The position numbers and the translations under genes are program-made. 64,000 nt of DNA from Parcubacteria group bacterium (GTDB lineage Bacteria > Patescibacteriota > Patescibacteriia > Patescibacteriales > GWC2-42-12), in the NCBI GenBank assembly GCA_016188785.1, contig JACPHD010000001.1:26300-90299 (forward strand), given 5' to 3'. Position 1 is the stretch's first letter. Each line of letters opens with the position of its first letter. Below the pieces are notes generated by a model. It was not told the DNA's origin and made no database searches. It saw nothing but the letters and a program-made list of their open reading frames with translations. This document shows positions 8,747 to 19,112 of this stretch, piece after piece.

Positions 8747-10870
8747 TCACTTCTTAATTCTTATACTGCCGACGTTTACTCCGCCGCTAAAGTTTTCCTC
8801 ATAAGCGTAAAACGAACCCACAATTTTGCCATTAGCTTTAAAAACGCGGACATGAGGCGCTCCTCCCGGGCCGGCGGCGGCCACGATTTCGTCCAGGCCG
8901 TCGTTGTCAACATCAGCTTTGGCTAAATTGACGCCGCCGCGGAAATTACTGTTAAAAGCAAAAAAATGCGACAGCAAATTTCCTTTACCGTCAAAAAATT
9001 TAACATGCGGCCCGCCGCCTTTTTCCGGCGCGGCCACAATGTCTTCATGATAGCTGCCGGAGCCGTTTCTGATTCTGGCTGAAGCAACCTTAACGCCGCC
9101 GCGGGAAGTTTTAGGATAAGCTAAAAAGCGCCTGGCTAAAACGCCGCTGGCTTTAAAAATTCTGATTTCGGGAATCTTTCCGGCCGCCAAGCCGGTTATA
9201 ATTTCAGCTTGGCCGTCGCCGTCTAGATCGCCGGCCGCGATATTCAAGCCGCCTCTGAATTTACTGTCGTAAGCGTAAAACGAACCCAAAAACTGGCCGC
9301 GGCCGTTAAAAATTTTTACTTCTGAATCCCCGCCCTGAGCCTCTACGGCGATAATTTCATCACTACCGTCATTATTGATGTCGGCGCTGGCGATATTTAC
9401 GCCGCCGCGGAAATTATTCTTAAAAGCAAAAAATTGCCTAAGCAGTTCTCCTTTAACATTAAAAATTTTTATATGCGGCCCGCCGCCTGATCCGGCCGCG
9501 GTGATAATTTCTTGAGTGCCATCGCCGTTTATATCTCCGGCGGCAAAATTGACGCTGCCTTTAAAATTGCCGTAAGCCTGAAATTCAGTATCTTTTTTAC
9601 CATCCTGATTAGTAATTTTTACCGGGCCGGCTGAACCAATTTTCGGACCGACTAATAATTTTTCAATTTTATTATTTAATAAGCTCTTGACGTAATTAAC
9701 CGCCGCCGCTAGGTTTAATCGGCCATTGCCCAGGCGGCCTAAATAATTCGGATTTACCCGGCTGATATTATCCGCGTTAGCCAATAGCGCTTGGATGATT
9801 TCGCTTCTATTTAGCGCCGGGTTGGCCGCGGCTATTAGCGCCAGAGCGCCGCTCACCATAGGCACGGCTACGGAAGTGCCGGACCAATAGCCATCATAAT
9901 ATTTATTAAAAGGCTGATCTTTTATATAATTATCAGGCGAATAGACCACGGCGCTAAAAACGCTGACTCCGGGCGCGGCAATATCAATGCATTTACTGCC
10001 AAAGCTGGAAAAGGCTGTTTTCTGGTCCATGGTATCGGTCGCGGCTACGCCAATTACCCGATTTTCGCCGCTCGAGCCGTCCAGACAAACCGGATACATG
10101 GGAGTTTCATCTAAATTATAACCATCGCTCTGCCCGACTTCATTGCCTCCGGCGGCGACTACGATTAAGCCGGCGTCATAAGCGCGTTTAATCGCTTCAT
10201 CAAGCCCCTGGCTATAGCCAAAGCCGACAAAACTTAAATTGATAATATTGGCGCCGTTGGCAATGGCGTAATCAATCGCTTTAATAACCTTGGAAGCGCT
10301 GCCCTCGCCCGTATCATCTAAAATTTTAAGCGGCATAATTTTAGCTTGCCAGGTTATACCGGTAACGCCGGCGGCGTTATTACCAGCCGCCGCGGCAATG
10401 CCGGCAATAATAGTGCCGTGTAAAACGCCATCTTCGGAAAAACCCGGCTTAAACTTTGGCGCCGGATCAGGTACATTATTGACAAAATCCCAGCCATTGA
10501 CATCATCAATAAAACCGTTCTTATCATCATCAATCTTATTACCGGCGATTTCTTTTTTATTCAGCCAAATATTGCCTTGTAAATCAGGGTGATTGATTTG
10601 CACGCCTGAATCCAAAATCGCGATAACAACGTCCGGGCTTTCCCTGATATTATCCCAGGCTTCAGTGGCTTTAATTTTCTGCAAATACCATTGATTATTA
10701 AAAAAAGCGTCAGACGGTATTATGGAAGCATGATAAGTCTGGTCTGGCTCGGCGGATAAAGCATGGTAGCCGGAAAATATAACAAATATAATTATTACGA
10801 CTAAAAATATAATAAAAAAAGATGTTTTTTTATTCTTCACCCCGTTAGATATTACTGATAATTTTTGCAT
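8747..10870 (-). CDS. Secreted S8 (subtilisin) peptidase with C-terminal FG-GAP-like repeats
   Basis: Catalytic D (ILDSG), H (HGT), S (GTSVA); repeated GDxNGDGxxEII / F.AY...FRGGV units; N-terminal hydrophobic anchor. Confidence 0.9.
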   Translation of the reverse strand: MQKLSVISNGVKNKKTSFFIIFLVVIIIFVIFSGYHALSAEPDQTYHASIIPSDAFFNNQWYLQKIKATEAWDNIRESPDVVIAILDSGVQINHPDLQGNIWLNKKEIAGNKIDDDKNGFIDDVNGWDFVNNVPDPAPKFKPGFSEDGVLHGTIIAGIAAAAGNNAAGVTGITWQAKIMPLKILDDTGEGSASKVIKAIDYAIANGANIINLSFVGFGYSQGLDEAIKRAYDAGLIVVAAGGNEVGQSDGYNLDETPMYPVCLDGSSGENRVIGVAATDTMDQKTAFSSFGSKCIDIAAPGVSVFSAVVYSPDNYIKDQPFNKYYDGYWSGTSVAVPMVSGALALIAAANPALNRSEIIQALLANADNISRVNPNYLGRLGNGRLNLAAAVNYVKSLLNNKIEKLLVGPKIGSAGPVKITNQDGKKDTEFQAYGNFKGSVNFAAGDINGDGTQEIITAAGSGGGPHIKIFNVKGELLRQFFAFKNNFRGGVNIASADINNDGSDEIIAVEAQGGDSEVKIFNGRGQFLGSFYAYDSKFRGGLNIAAGDLDGDGQAEIITGLAAGKIPEIRIFKASGVLARRFLAYPKTSRGGVKVASARIRNGSGSYHEDIVAAPEKGGGPHVKFFDGKGNLLSHFFAFNSNFRGGVNLAKADVDNDGLDEIVAAAGPGGAPHVRVFKANGKIVGSFYAYEENFSGGVNVGSIRIKK

Positions 10871-10918
10871 AGAATATAAAATTTACTAAGTTTAAATAAA
10901 GACGATATCTAACGGGGT
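10839..10918. repeat. ACCCCGTTAGA-type inverted-repeat element, copy 2
   Basis: accccgttagatat...atatctaacggggt; supplies the MQKLSVISNGVK N-terminus of the S8 ORF. Confidence 0.75.
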
Positions 10919-10932
10919 AAATAACATCTTTA

Positions 10933-12204
10933 CTATAACATATTTTCCATTAACGCCAAAGTTTCTTGAGCGCATTTAGTCAGGCTGAAATCTTTTGCTC
11001 GCTTAAGGCCGCGGCTGACTAATTGGCCGGCCAACTGCTTATCTAATAATATTTTTGCCATTTTTTCCGCCATATCATGCTGATCCTGCGGATTAAAAAG
11101 ACAAGCAGAATCTTTAACAACTTCCGGTATGGAGGCAATATTGGAAGCCGCCACCGGCACGCCGCAAGCCATGGCCTCTAAAACAGGTATGCCAAAGCCC
11201 TCATAAAGCGAAGGCAAAACAAATAAATCAGCGCCGTTATAAATGTAAGGCATGTCAGCTTCCGGAATCCAGCCGGTGATGATTATGCTATCATCAAGAT
11301 TAAATTCCTTAATGACGTATTTGACCTCATCAAAACCCAGCCCGGCCCGGCCCACTAAAACTAATTTATGTTTTATTTCCCTGAATTTTTGCCTCATAAT
11401 CGCGTAAGCTTCAACTAACTTAGCGGTATTTTTCTTCTTTTCCAAACGGCCGGCATAAAAAATATAAGGAGTGGTAAGACCATATTGGCTTAAAACCGGT
11501 TTGACTTTTTTTTGATCGCTAAGCCGATGATAAAGCTCGCTGTTAAAGCCGTTATGAACAACTTTAATTTTTTTCCCGTCAGCCTGATAGAATTCAATCA
11601 TTTCTTGTTTGGTAAATTCAGACACCGCGATAATCATTTTAGCTTTTTTAAGCGCGAATTTCGTTGACCAGCTATGGTAGTCAATAATATTAGGATGAAA
11701 TTTGCCCCAAGTGAGCAATCTGATTAAAAAGCTAAACGCGTCTGAAGTTAAGCCGCTTACCGGGCCGATTTTATCTAAGCTGTAAAGCTCGGCTTGGCGC
11801 TCAAAGCCGATGTCATGAATAGTAACGATTGATTTTCTGGGATAGATAATCGGCAGAGCGTGGGCCGGAATAAAAAGGAGATTGGGCCGATGCGCGATCA
11901 TTTCATAAGACAGGCGGATTTGCGTCCAAAAATAAGTAAACGGCCATTTTAAAATTTTAACGCGAAAATTTCCAAACGGACTTTTAATTTCTTGCCAGCC
12001 ATAACTATCTATTTTGCCCGGCGGAGCCGAATGATTTTCCTTGGTTAAATCAGCTAAACCGCCGACCAAGGGTTTGTCGCTATATAAAATATAACGATTT
12101 TTAGAATCAAGTTTAGCCAGCTCTCTTATTAAATAATAAGAATACCACTCGGTGCCGCCTTTAAATTCTCTATTCGCCCTTGAGGCGTCAATGCCTATAA
12201 GCAT
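10933..12204 (-). CDS. Glycosyltransferase family 4 (group 1)
   Basis: GIDASR, TIHD, PSLYEGFGIPVLEAMACG. Confidence 0.9.
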   Translation of the reverse strand: MLIGIDASRANREFKGGTEWYSYYLIRELAKLDSKNRYILYSDKPLVGGLADLTKENHSAPPGKIDSYGWQEIKSPFGNFRVKILKWPFTYFWTQIRLSYEMIAHRPNLLFIPAHALPIIYPRKSIVTIHDIGFERQAELYSLDKIGPVSGLTSDAFSFLIRLLTWGKFHPNIIDYHSWSTKFALKKAKMIIAVSEFTKQEMIEFYQADGKKIKVVHNGFNSELYHRLSDQKKVKPVLSQYGLTTPYIFYAGRLEKKKNTAKLVEAYAIMRQKFREIKHKLVLVGRAGLGFDEVKYVIKEFNLDDSIIITGWIPEADMPYIYNGADLFVLPSLYEGFGIPVLEAMACGVPVAASNIASIPEVVKDSACLFNPQDQHDMAEKMAKILLDKQLAGQLVSRGLKRAKDFSLTKCAQETLALMENML

Positions 12205-12214
12205 AAATAATACA

Positions 12215-12450
12215 TGTCATTGCGGGCTCCCGCCCGTTTCGCAAGCGAAGCGTTGCGGGCGGGTGACCCGCAATCCCCGCCCGCCTTGACTTCGCGGTTT
12301 AAAATTAAGATGAATATAATATTTTATACTAAATATTTAATCTTAATAAATAGGCTATACGGTCAAGGCGAAGTCGGGCGCGGCAGAAACTTGTTCTAAG
12401 CGAAAAAATCTGGATTCCGGCTCGCCTTCGGCTTAAAGGCCGGAATGACA
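12215..12450. repeat. GTCATT...AATGAC REP/NIME-like palindromic element
   Basis: Starts tgtcattgcgggc...cccgcaatcc and ends ggattccggc...gccggaatgaca; related copies at 41781, 45329 and 48145. Confidence 0.75.
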
Positions 12451-12459
12451 AGAAAAAAA

Positions 12460-13467
12460 TTACTTCGTCGCAAAGATGCTCCTTTTATACGAATCCAAGT
12501 TTTCTAAGGCAATGCCCGTGCCTTTGGCCACGCAAAGCAAAGCATCATCCGCTACGTAAGCCGGCACGTCGGTCGTGCGCGACAGCAATTGGTCAATATT
12601 TCGCAGTAGCGAACTGCCGCCGGATAGCACCATGCCTTTGTCCATTATATCGGCAGCTAATTCCGGCGGCGTTTCCTGAAGCACTCTTTTAGCCGCGCTG
12701 ATTATGGCTTCCAGCTCATTCTGAATCGCTTCGGTCACGTCATCGGAATTAACCATAATATTTCTAGGCAGGCCGGTTATCATGTCGCGGCCGCGGATTT
12801 CCATAGTCAGTTTGTCTTCAAGGTATAAAGCGCTGCCGATTTTAATTTTTATTTCCTCAGCCGTTCTTTCGCCGATGGCTAAATTATATTTGCGCCTGAT
12901 AAATTCCTGGATGGCCGCGTCAAATTTATTGCCGCCGATTCTAACCGAAGTTGAAGTCACCACGCCGCCCAAAGAAATTACCGCCATTTCGGCCGTGCCG
13001 CCGCCGATATCAATAATCATATGCCCGGAAGCCGAGCCGATGGGAATATCGGCGCCGATGGCCGCGGCAATCGGCTCTTTAATAATATAAGCCGCTCTGG
13101 CTCCGGCCGCGATGGTCGCGTCTATGACCGCGCGCCGTTCGGTTGAAGTAATGCCGGCCGGCACCGCCACCATAACTTCCGGCCGGAATAATCTAATGCC
13201 ACCCAAAGCTTTATTGATAAAGTATCTTAACATGGCTTCAGTCGTGTGATAATCGGCGATCACGCCGTCTTTTAGCGGCTTGATGGCGATGATCGTGTCC
13301 GGCGTCCGGCCCAGCATGTCTTTAGCTTCATTGCCCACGGCTAAAATCTTTTTGTCAATTAAAGAAACCGCCACCACGCTGGGTTCGTTAATAATAATGC
13401 CTCTTTTCGGCAAATGCACTAAAATATAAGTTGTGCCCAGATCTATGCCTAGACGTTTGATGAACAT
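12460..13467 (-). CDS. mreB: Rod shape-determining protein MreB
   Basis: GIDLGT, EPSVVA, PLKDGVIAD, DIGGGT, GGSSLL; likely start MFIKRLG at 13467. Confidence 0.95.
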   Translation of the reverse strand: MFIKRLGIDLGTTYILVHLPKRGIIINEPSVVAVSLIDKKILAVGNEAKDMLGRTPDTIIAIKPLKDGVIADYHTTEAMLRYFINKALGGIRLFRPEVMVAVPAGITSTERRAVIDATIAAGARAAYIIKEPIAAAIGADIPIGSASGHMIIDIGGGTAEMAVISLGGVVTSTSVRIGGNKFDAAIQEFIRRKYNLAIGERTAEEIKIKIGSALYLEDKLTMEIRGRDMITGLPRNIMVNSDDVTEAIQNELEAIISAAKRVLQETPPELAADIMDKGMVLSGGSSLLRNIDQLLSRTTDVPAYVADDALLCVAKGTGIALENLDSYKRSIFATK

Positions 13468-13479
13468 AAGATAAAATAA

Positions 13480-13620
13480 AATTTTCAAATCACAATTTTC
13501 AATTTTCAATGAATTTTCAATGTTATAATTTTCAAATGTATTAATGCGTTACTTTAATTGTTTGTAAATTGGTTTATTGGAATTTCATTGAAAATTGGGA
13601 TTTGAAAATTGAAAATTTTT
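13480..13620. repeat. Inverted pair of degenerate 7-bp tandem arrays (TTTTCAA / TTGAAAA)
   Basis: aattttc/aattttcaatg units on the left, ttgaaaa/tttgaaaattgaaaatt on the right. Confidence 0.7.
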
Positions 13621-15623
13621 TAGAACCTTATCTCAAAGCTCCTGTCTATATTCAAATCCCCTTCCCACTTAATCCTAACCGGACCCAGTTTCTGCGTTGA
13701 CAGATTAGCCGGGCTATATGATTTTATAACATTTGCAAAGCTTAAGTCAACCGTAAGATTAGCTAGCTCTTTACCCGGCTGTTTCTGGATATAAAGATTG
13801 TAGTTATTATTTAATCTAAGGCCCGGCGGCAGCTTGTACTCAACCGTAATATTATTGATTTTTCCCGGCTCCACGGTTAAATAAAAACCAAACCAGGTTT
13901 TACCAGCCTCGCTACCAGTAGCTATGTCTTCAGGCTTATAGCCGCTAATTTTAATCAATTGACTGCCTAATGGCGCGTAGACTCTGGTATAACTTTTATA
14001 AGCGCTAGTTTTCCAGTCAAGCCGGCCGTTATGCGCGTAGTTAAGAGTTAATTTAGCGGACAGGCCGCGGCCAGCTTGCTCGGTTATTTTATAATTTAAG
14101 CTCCGGCTCATAACCGCGTCGGTTTTTAAAGCCGCTAAATTAGCGTCCACCACCATAAGATAATCGCCGTAATAATTTTTTATTTCTCCGGCCCAGCCGT
14201 TTTGCGCCGCCAGGCTTTCTAATTGGCTGTCGGCCAAATAAAGCAATAAATTTTTTTCAGTTAAGTTATTGATGGCGGTATTTATAATCTCCGACCATTG
14301 GCGCGCCGGCAAATCAAAAATTTTAATTTTTAATTGTTTGAATATTTCGCCGATAACTTCTTTTCTCTGCCAGGCCGAAACACCCAAAACCAGGTAGCCT
14401 TTTTCCACCCGATATTGCAGTAAATCTTGAAAATTATTTTGATCATAAGCTTGCCCTTCAATCGTTACCGGACCGGTTATTTTTAAAAAATCAGTAACTA
14501 ATTTCGGCGTGACGGCCAACAGGCCGCTAAATTCAGGAATTTTTTCCGCTGCCGGATTTAAAAAACTTTCGGTTTGATAGAATTTATTTATCGTCCTGGC
14601 CGCGGTTGGCCAGTCAGGCGACCAGTTAGCGTCGCGCAAATACCATTTGTCGTTTAAATATTTTTTAATCGGCTCCGGCGGCGCGATATTTATTTTTTTC
14701 TGCACCGGCATATCCAGATGATAAATATCATGTGTAGTAAAACTTAAGATATCGCCGTCTTTAATCCGTGAAATTCCATAAGTGCCTAAAAATCCTCCGG
14801 TTGGCCTTAACTCGTCGTTATTCTGCAACATCACTAAATAATTAGCTTGACTAGGGTAGCCGGCTAAGGCCGGAATTAGCTGCGACAACGGGACGGCTTT
14901 ATCTAAAATAAGGCCGGCTTGATTAATTTGTGTTTTAACCTGATTGATTTTATCTTTTAAGGCGAAAAAAATACCCGAGCCGTCAGCCCGCTCTAAATTG
15001 ATAGAGGCCAGGGCCAAATCAGCTTTTATGCCGTTTAATTCCGGCGCTGATTCAAATATTTTTTTAAGGATAAGGCGCTTGGTTTCAGGACTTAACCGGG
15101 AAAAACTGGTTTTTCTGTCTCCGGCCGAAAGGGCCGCCAGGCTTTGGCCGAAATTAGCGCCGCCGTGAACCGCCTTGCTTAAGAACAGCGCGCCGGTAAG
15201 CAGATTTTCTGCCTGGTTAAGCTGTCTTGAAATTATGGGCAAATTACTTATCAAATTACTTATTAAGAACTCTATTTTTATTTGCTCAATCGTGTCAAGG
15301 GAAACCGTAAAATTATTTTCCGCCTGCCTGGCCATGGTCGCGGCTAAAGTAAAATTATCATGTTGGACAAACTCCAGGGCCTGCTCCAGATTGCTTTTGC
15401 CTAGAGCGGCCTGATCATAAATTTGTTTTAAACTAAAAATTTTAGATGATAATAAAATCAAGAGCAGCAAAAATAAAAAAACTATCGCCAAACCGAAATA
15501 TTTTAAAATTTTATAAGACAAACGCAAGCGCCGGCGCCTTTTAACCGCCGGAAGACGGCCGATCAGGTTGTCGGCTTGCTCATACCAGGCTTTGAAATTT
15601 ATATGTTTTGAAAATTTAATCAT
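13620..15623 (-). CDS. DUF4012-domain membrane-anchored protein
   Basis: YLVMLQNNDELRPTGGFLG, RDANWSPDWP, QKQPG; N-terminal TM helix. Confidence 0.85.
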   Translation of the reverse strand: MIKFSKHINFKAWYEQADNLIGRLPAVKRRRRLRLSYKILKYFGLAIVFLFLLLLILLSSKIFSLKQIYDQAALGKSNLEQALEFVQHDNFTLAATMARQAENNFTVSLDTIEQIKIEFLISNLISNLPIISRQLNQAENLLTGALFLSKAVHGGANFGQSLAALSAGDRKTSFSRLSPETKRLILKKIFESAPELNGIKADLALASINLERADGSGIFFALKDKINQVKTQINQAGLILDKAVPLSQLIPALAGYPSQANYLVMLQNNDELRPTGGFLGTYGISRIKDGDILSFTTHDIYHLDMPVQKKINIAPPEPIKKYLNDKWYLRDANWSPDWPTAARTINKFYQTESFLNPAAEKIPEFSGLLAVTPKLVTDFLKITGPVTIEGQAYDQNNFQDLLQYRVEKGYLVLGVSAWQRKEVIGEIFKQLKIKIFDLPARQWSEIINTAINNLTEKNLLLYLADSQLESLAAQNGWAGEIKNYYGDYLMVVDANLAALKTDAVMSRSLNYKITEQAGRGLSAKLTLNYAHNGRLDWKTSAYKSYTRVYAPLGSQLIKISGYKPEDIATGSEAGKTWFGFYLTVEPGKINNITVEYKLPPGLRLNNNYNLYIQKQPGKELANLTVDLSFANVIKSYSPANLSTQKLGPVRIKWEGDLNIDRSFEIRF

Positions 15624-15662
15624 TGTTTGAAAATTGAAAATTTGTAAATTGAAAATTAAACC

Positions 15663-16919
15663 TCATTCTTGCCTTAAGGCTTCAATCGGGTCAAGCCGCG
15701 CGGCTTGGCGCGCCGGATAAAGGCCGAAGCCTAAGCCGAAAATTACGGCAAAAGCCAAAGAAATGTAATAAGCGCGCCAGGGAACAAAAAATTTCCAGCT
15801 TAAGCCATTGTAATTGGCCGCGTAAGCGATTAAGTAAGCCGCGCTCAGGCCGATTAAAACGCCGAGCGCGGCGCCAATCAAGGTTATTATCAACGATTCA
15901 ACCAAAAATTGCAACATGATATCCTTAAATCTCGCGCCCACGGCCTTGCGCAAACCGATTTCGCTAGTCCTCTCGGTAACTATAACATACATTATGTTCA
16001 TTACGCCCACGCCGCCCACGATCAGCGAGATTGCCACGATGGCTAAAAGCAATAAAGTTATGGCCCCGGTTATGGTGGAAACCGTTTTCATGGCTTGGGC
16101 CATCGTGGTCACGCGAAAATCATCTTTAGCCGGATCAGCGATATTATGATTTTGTCGCAAGGCTATTTTTACGTCATCCGCGGTTAAATCAGCCAAGCTT
16201 ATATCGTTTAACTGGCTCATGATAAAATTAGCCTTATCCAGTCCCATTAATTTTTTTTGCAGTGTGCGCAAAGGCAAATAAATAAAATCATCAAAATCAA
16301 CGCCCGTGACCTGGCCTTTTTCTGCCATCGCGCCGATGATCAGAAATTTTTTTTGGCCGATTTTAAGGCTGGCACCGATTGGTTCGGAATCGCCGAACAG
16401 CTTATTCTTCATCCTATAGCCCAAAACAGCGACTTGAGTCAGGGATTTTTCTTCCGCGTCAGAATAAAAACGTCCGGACGCGACTTTGGTTTTATCAATC
16501 TCAATAAAATTAGCGCTAACGCCGTATAAAAAAGCTTTTCTAAACTCACTGCCATAGCTTACCGGCTGCTGGCTTAAAATGCCGGCGTAACTTTTCTTGA
16601 TGTTAGGCAGTTTGTCAATATCAGCCAGGTCTTTAAAAGTTAAATTAGCCGCCTGAATGCCTTGGACCGCGGCAATCGCGCTTTGAACGTCGCCGGCCGC
16701 GCCTTTTTTAGCGCTCGGAATTCTTGATTCAACATGAAGAGTATCCGTGCCAAAACTTTGAATTTGCCCTAAAATCAAAGCGCGCACGCCTTCGCCGGCG
16801 GCAAAAACAATTATCACCGCGCTAATGCCGATAATAATACCCAAAACCGTTAGCGCGGTTCTTAATTTATTGGCCATAATTGACCGCAGAGAAATTTTTA
16901 TAACTGATAAAATACTCAT
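15663..16919 (-). CDS. MacB/FtsX-family ABC transporter permease
   Basis: LTVLGIIIGI, VGGVGVMNIM, ERTSEIGLRKAVGA, LDPIEALR. Confidence 0.92.
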   Translation of the reverse strand: MSILSVIKISLRSIMANKLRTALTVLGIIIGISAVIIVFAAGEGVRALILGQIQSFGTDTLHVESRIPSAKKGAAGDVQSAIAAVQGIQAANLTFKDLADIDKLPNIKKSYAGILSQQPVSYGSEFRKAFLYGVSANFIEIDKTKVASGRFYSDAEEKSLTQVAVLGYRMKNKLFGDSEPIGASLKIGQKKFLIIGAMAEKGQVTGVDFDDFIYLPLRTLQKKLMGLDKANFIMSQLNDISLADLTADDVKIALRQNHNIADPAKDDFRVTTMAQAMKTVSTITGAITLLLLAIVAISLIVGGVGVMNIMYVIVTERTSEIGLRKAVGARFKDIMLQFLVESLIITLIGAALGVLIGLSAAYLIAYAANYNGLSWKFFVPWRAYYISLAFAVIFGLGFGLYPARQAARLDPIEALRQE

Positions 16920-18173
16920 TTATTCATGTCTTAAGGCTTCAACCGGCTCTAACCGGCTAGCCTTAAACGCCGGGTACAAGCCGAAAATTAAACCGATCGC
17001 TGCCGACACGGCCACGGCTAAAGCGATTGACAGCCAGGAAATAACCAAATCCCAGCTATAGCCTAAAAATCTGGCGGCCAGGGAAATTAAAACCGCGGTT
17101 AAAACGCCAAGCGCGATGCCGATCAAGCCGCCCAGCAAAGTAATAATTACGGCTTGGGTTAAAAATTGCCGCCTGATGTCTTTATTGCTGGCGCCAACGG
17201 CCTTGCGTAAACCGATTTCGCGCGTCCTTTCGGTAACGCTCACTAACATAATATTCATAATGCCGATGCCGCCGACTAACAGCGACAAAGCGGCCATGGC
17301 GGCCAGAAAAAATCTAAGCGCGTCGGTGACCGTAGCGATGGCGCCCAGCGCCTGCGCCGCGCTGCGGACCGTAAAATCGTCCGACGCGCCGCTTTGATCA
17401 ATGATGTTATGCCGCTCGCGCAAAGTCAGGCTGATATCATTGATGGCGCGATTGATATTTTTTCCATCATCAACTTTAGCCCGGATAAAGCCTAAATAAT
17501 CCACGCCGGAGATAACTTTTTGCACCGTGGCCAGCGGCATGAAAATTTGGTCGTCGTAATTTTGAAAAGCGGCCAAACCCCGTTTTTTCATCACGCCGAT
17601 AACTTCAAATGATTGTTTTTTAAATTTTATTCTGGCGCCCGCCGGGTCGGAAGCGCCGAACAGCCGAGCCTTAACCTCACTGCCCAAAACCGCCACCCGC
17701 GCTAAATTTTTTTCTTCGTCAGCCGTAAAAAAACGGCCTTGTTCTAACTCACCGCCTTCAACGTCCAAGTACGAGGCCGTGGTGCCGCTGATGTTGGTGT
17801 CATAGCTGTCCGCCCCCCAGCTTACCGTGCCGATGGCTTTGCTGTAAGCGGCCACAGCCGTTAAGTTAGGAACATTGTTTTTATCGGCTAAAGCTAAAGC
17901 GTCGCCATAGTTTAAAGTGGTAATTATAATGCCCAGGACTTGCGCCGGCGGCCCCTTGTCTTCAGACTTGCCCGGCAGAACGCCGATTAAATTCGTGCCT
18001 AAATTTTTAATCTGCGATAAAATTAAGCCTTGCGCGCCCGCGCCCACGGCCATAATCACGATCACCGCGGCCACGCCGATAATTATGCCCAGCATGGTTA
18101 AAAAGCTCCTGGCCTTATTGGCTAAAAGCGCGCCGGCAGAAGTCTTAACCGATTGCCTAAAAAATTCTAACAT
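16920..18173 (-). CDS. MacB/FtsX-family ABC transporter permease
   Basis: LTMLGIIIGV, VGGIGIMNIM, ERTREIGLRKAVGA. Confidence 0.92.
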   Translation of the reverse strand: MLEFFRQSVKTSAGALLANKARSFLTMLGIIIGVAAVIVIMAVGAGAQGLILSQIKNLGTNLIGVLPGKSEDKGPPAQVLGIIITTLNYGDALALADKNNVPNLTAVAAYSKAIGTVSWGADSYDTNISGTTASYLDVEGGELEQGRFFTADEEKNLARVAVLGSEVKARLFGASDPAGARIKFKKQSFEVIGVMKKRGLAAFQNYDDQIFMPLATVQKVISGVDYLGFIRAKVDDGKNINRAINDISLTLRERHNIIDQSGASDDFTVRSAAQALGAIATVTDALRFFLAAMAALSLLVGGIGIMNIMLVSVTERTREIGLRKAVGASNKDIRRQFLTQAVIITLLGGLIGIALGVLTAVLISLAARFLGYSWDLVISWLSIALAVAVSAAIGLIFGLYPAFKASRLEPVEALRHE

Positions 18174-18176
18174 AAA

Positions 18177-18332
18177 TACGAATTACAAATCCTATACGAA
18201 TTTACAAATTATTAAAGTAAAATATTTAATATCATCAACAGTATTAGAATTATATTTATTCGTAAATTTGTAACAGATTTGTAATTTGTATCCCTTTTAT
18301 TCGTAAATTCGTAACAAAATTCGTAATTCGTA
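18177..18332. repeat. Inverted pair of 7-bp tandem arrays (TACGAAT/TACAAAT vs ATTCGTA/ATTTGTA)
   Basis: tacgaattacaaat...tacgaatttacaaat followed by attcgtaaatttgtaac...attcgtaattcgta. Confidence 0.7.
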
Positions 18333-19046
18333 TTACTTAAGAATTTCTCCATCTTTAGCTATCCGCCTCTGCCCGACTTTATAATCATCAATAATCAAGC
18401 CGTCTTTTACTTTGATAATTCTTTTGGCATGCTCCGAAGTGTAAGTTTCGTGGGTTACCAAAACTATGGTATTGCCCGAATCGTTTAAGCCCTGCAGAAT
18501 TTCCATAATTTGTACGCCTGATTTTGAATCAAGATTGCCAGTCGGCTCGTCCGCGAAAATTACGGCCGGCTCGTTGACTAAGGCGCGAGCGATGGCCACG
18601 CGCTGTTTTTCACCGCCGGAAATCTGGTTGGTAAAATAATTTAAACGATGGTCTAAACCCACGCTGGCTAAAATTTTTTTAGCGCGGCGCTCCGGCGCTT
18701 CTCTATTTTTAGCATAAGCCAAAGGCAGCATGACATTTTCTAAAACCGTGGTGCGCGGCAAAAGATTAAAGGCCTGAAAAACAAAGCCGATTTTCCGGTT
18801 TCTTAACCCGGCCAACTCGTCATCCGAAAGCTCGGTCACATCTTTGTCCTCAAGATAATATTGACCGCCGCTCGGCCGGTCTAACAGCCCGAGAATATGC
18901 ATTAAGGTTGACTTGCCAGAGCCGGAAGGCCCCATAATGGCCACGAACTCGCCCTGGTCAATACTAAAAGTCAGCCCGTTTAATACCGGCGTAACCACCT
19001 CGCCGCTTGCATAATTTTTAGTTAAATTATTAACTTGGATTAGCAT
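18333..19046 (-). CDS. ABC transporter ATP-binding protein (MacB/LolD type)
   Basis: [31 protein letters not shown]; likely start MLIQV at 19046. Confidence 0.93.
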   Translation of the reverse strand: MLIQVNNLTKNYASGEVVTPVLNGLTFSIDQGEFVAIMGPSGSGKSTLMHILGLLDRPSGGQYYLEDKDVTELSDDELAGLRNRKIGFVFQAFNLLPRTTVLENVMLPLAYAKNREAPERRAKKILASVGLDHRLNYFTNQISGGEKQRVAIARALVNEPAVIFADEPTGNLDSKSGVQIMEILQGLNDSGNTIVLVTHETYTSEHAKRIIKVKDGLIIDDYKVGQRRIAKDGEILK

Positions 19047-19112
19047 AATCAGAAAATTTTCAATCCGCCAACTGGCGGAGCGGACAATTTTCAAACAATT
19101 AAAAACCAAACA

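Noticed and set aside
13468-13509. N-terminal extensions in the ORF track for MreB (also ABC ATPase, DusB, VirB4-like, LexA, MTase and the response regulator)
   Set aside because: The extensions translate repeat elements, promoters or overlapping genes; downstream ATGs match the family starts.
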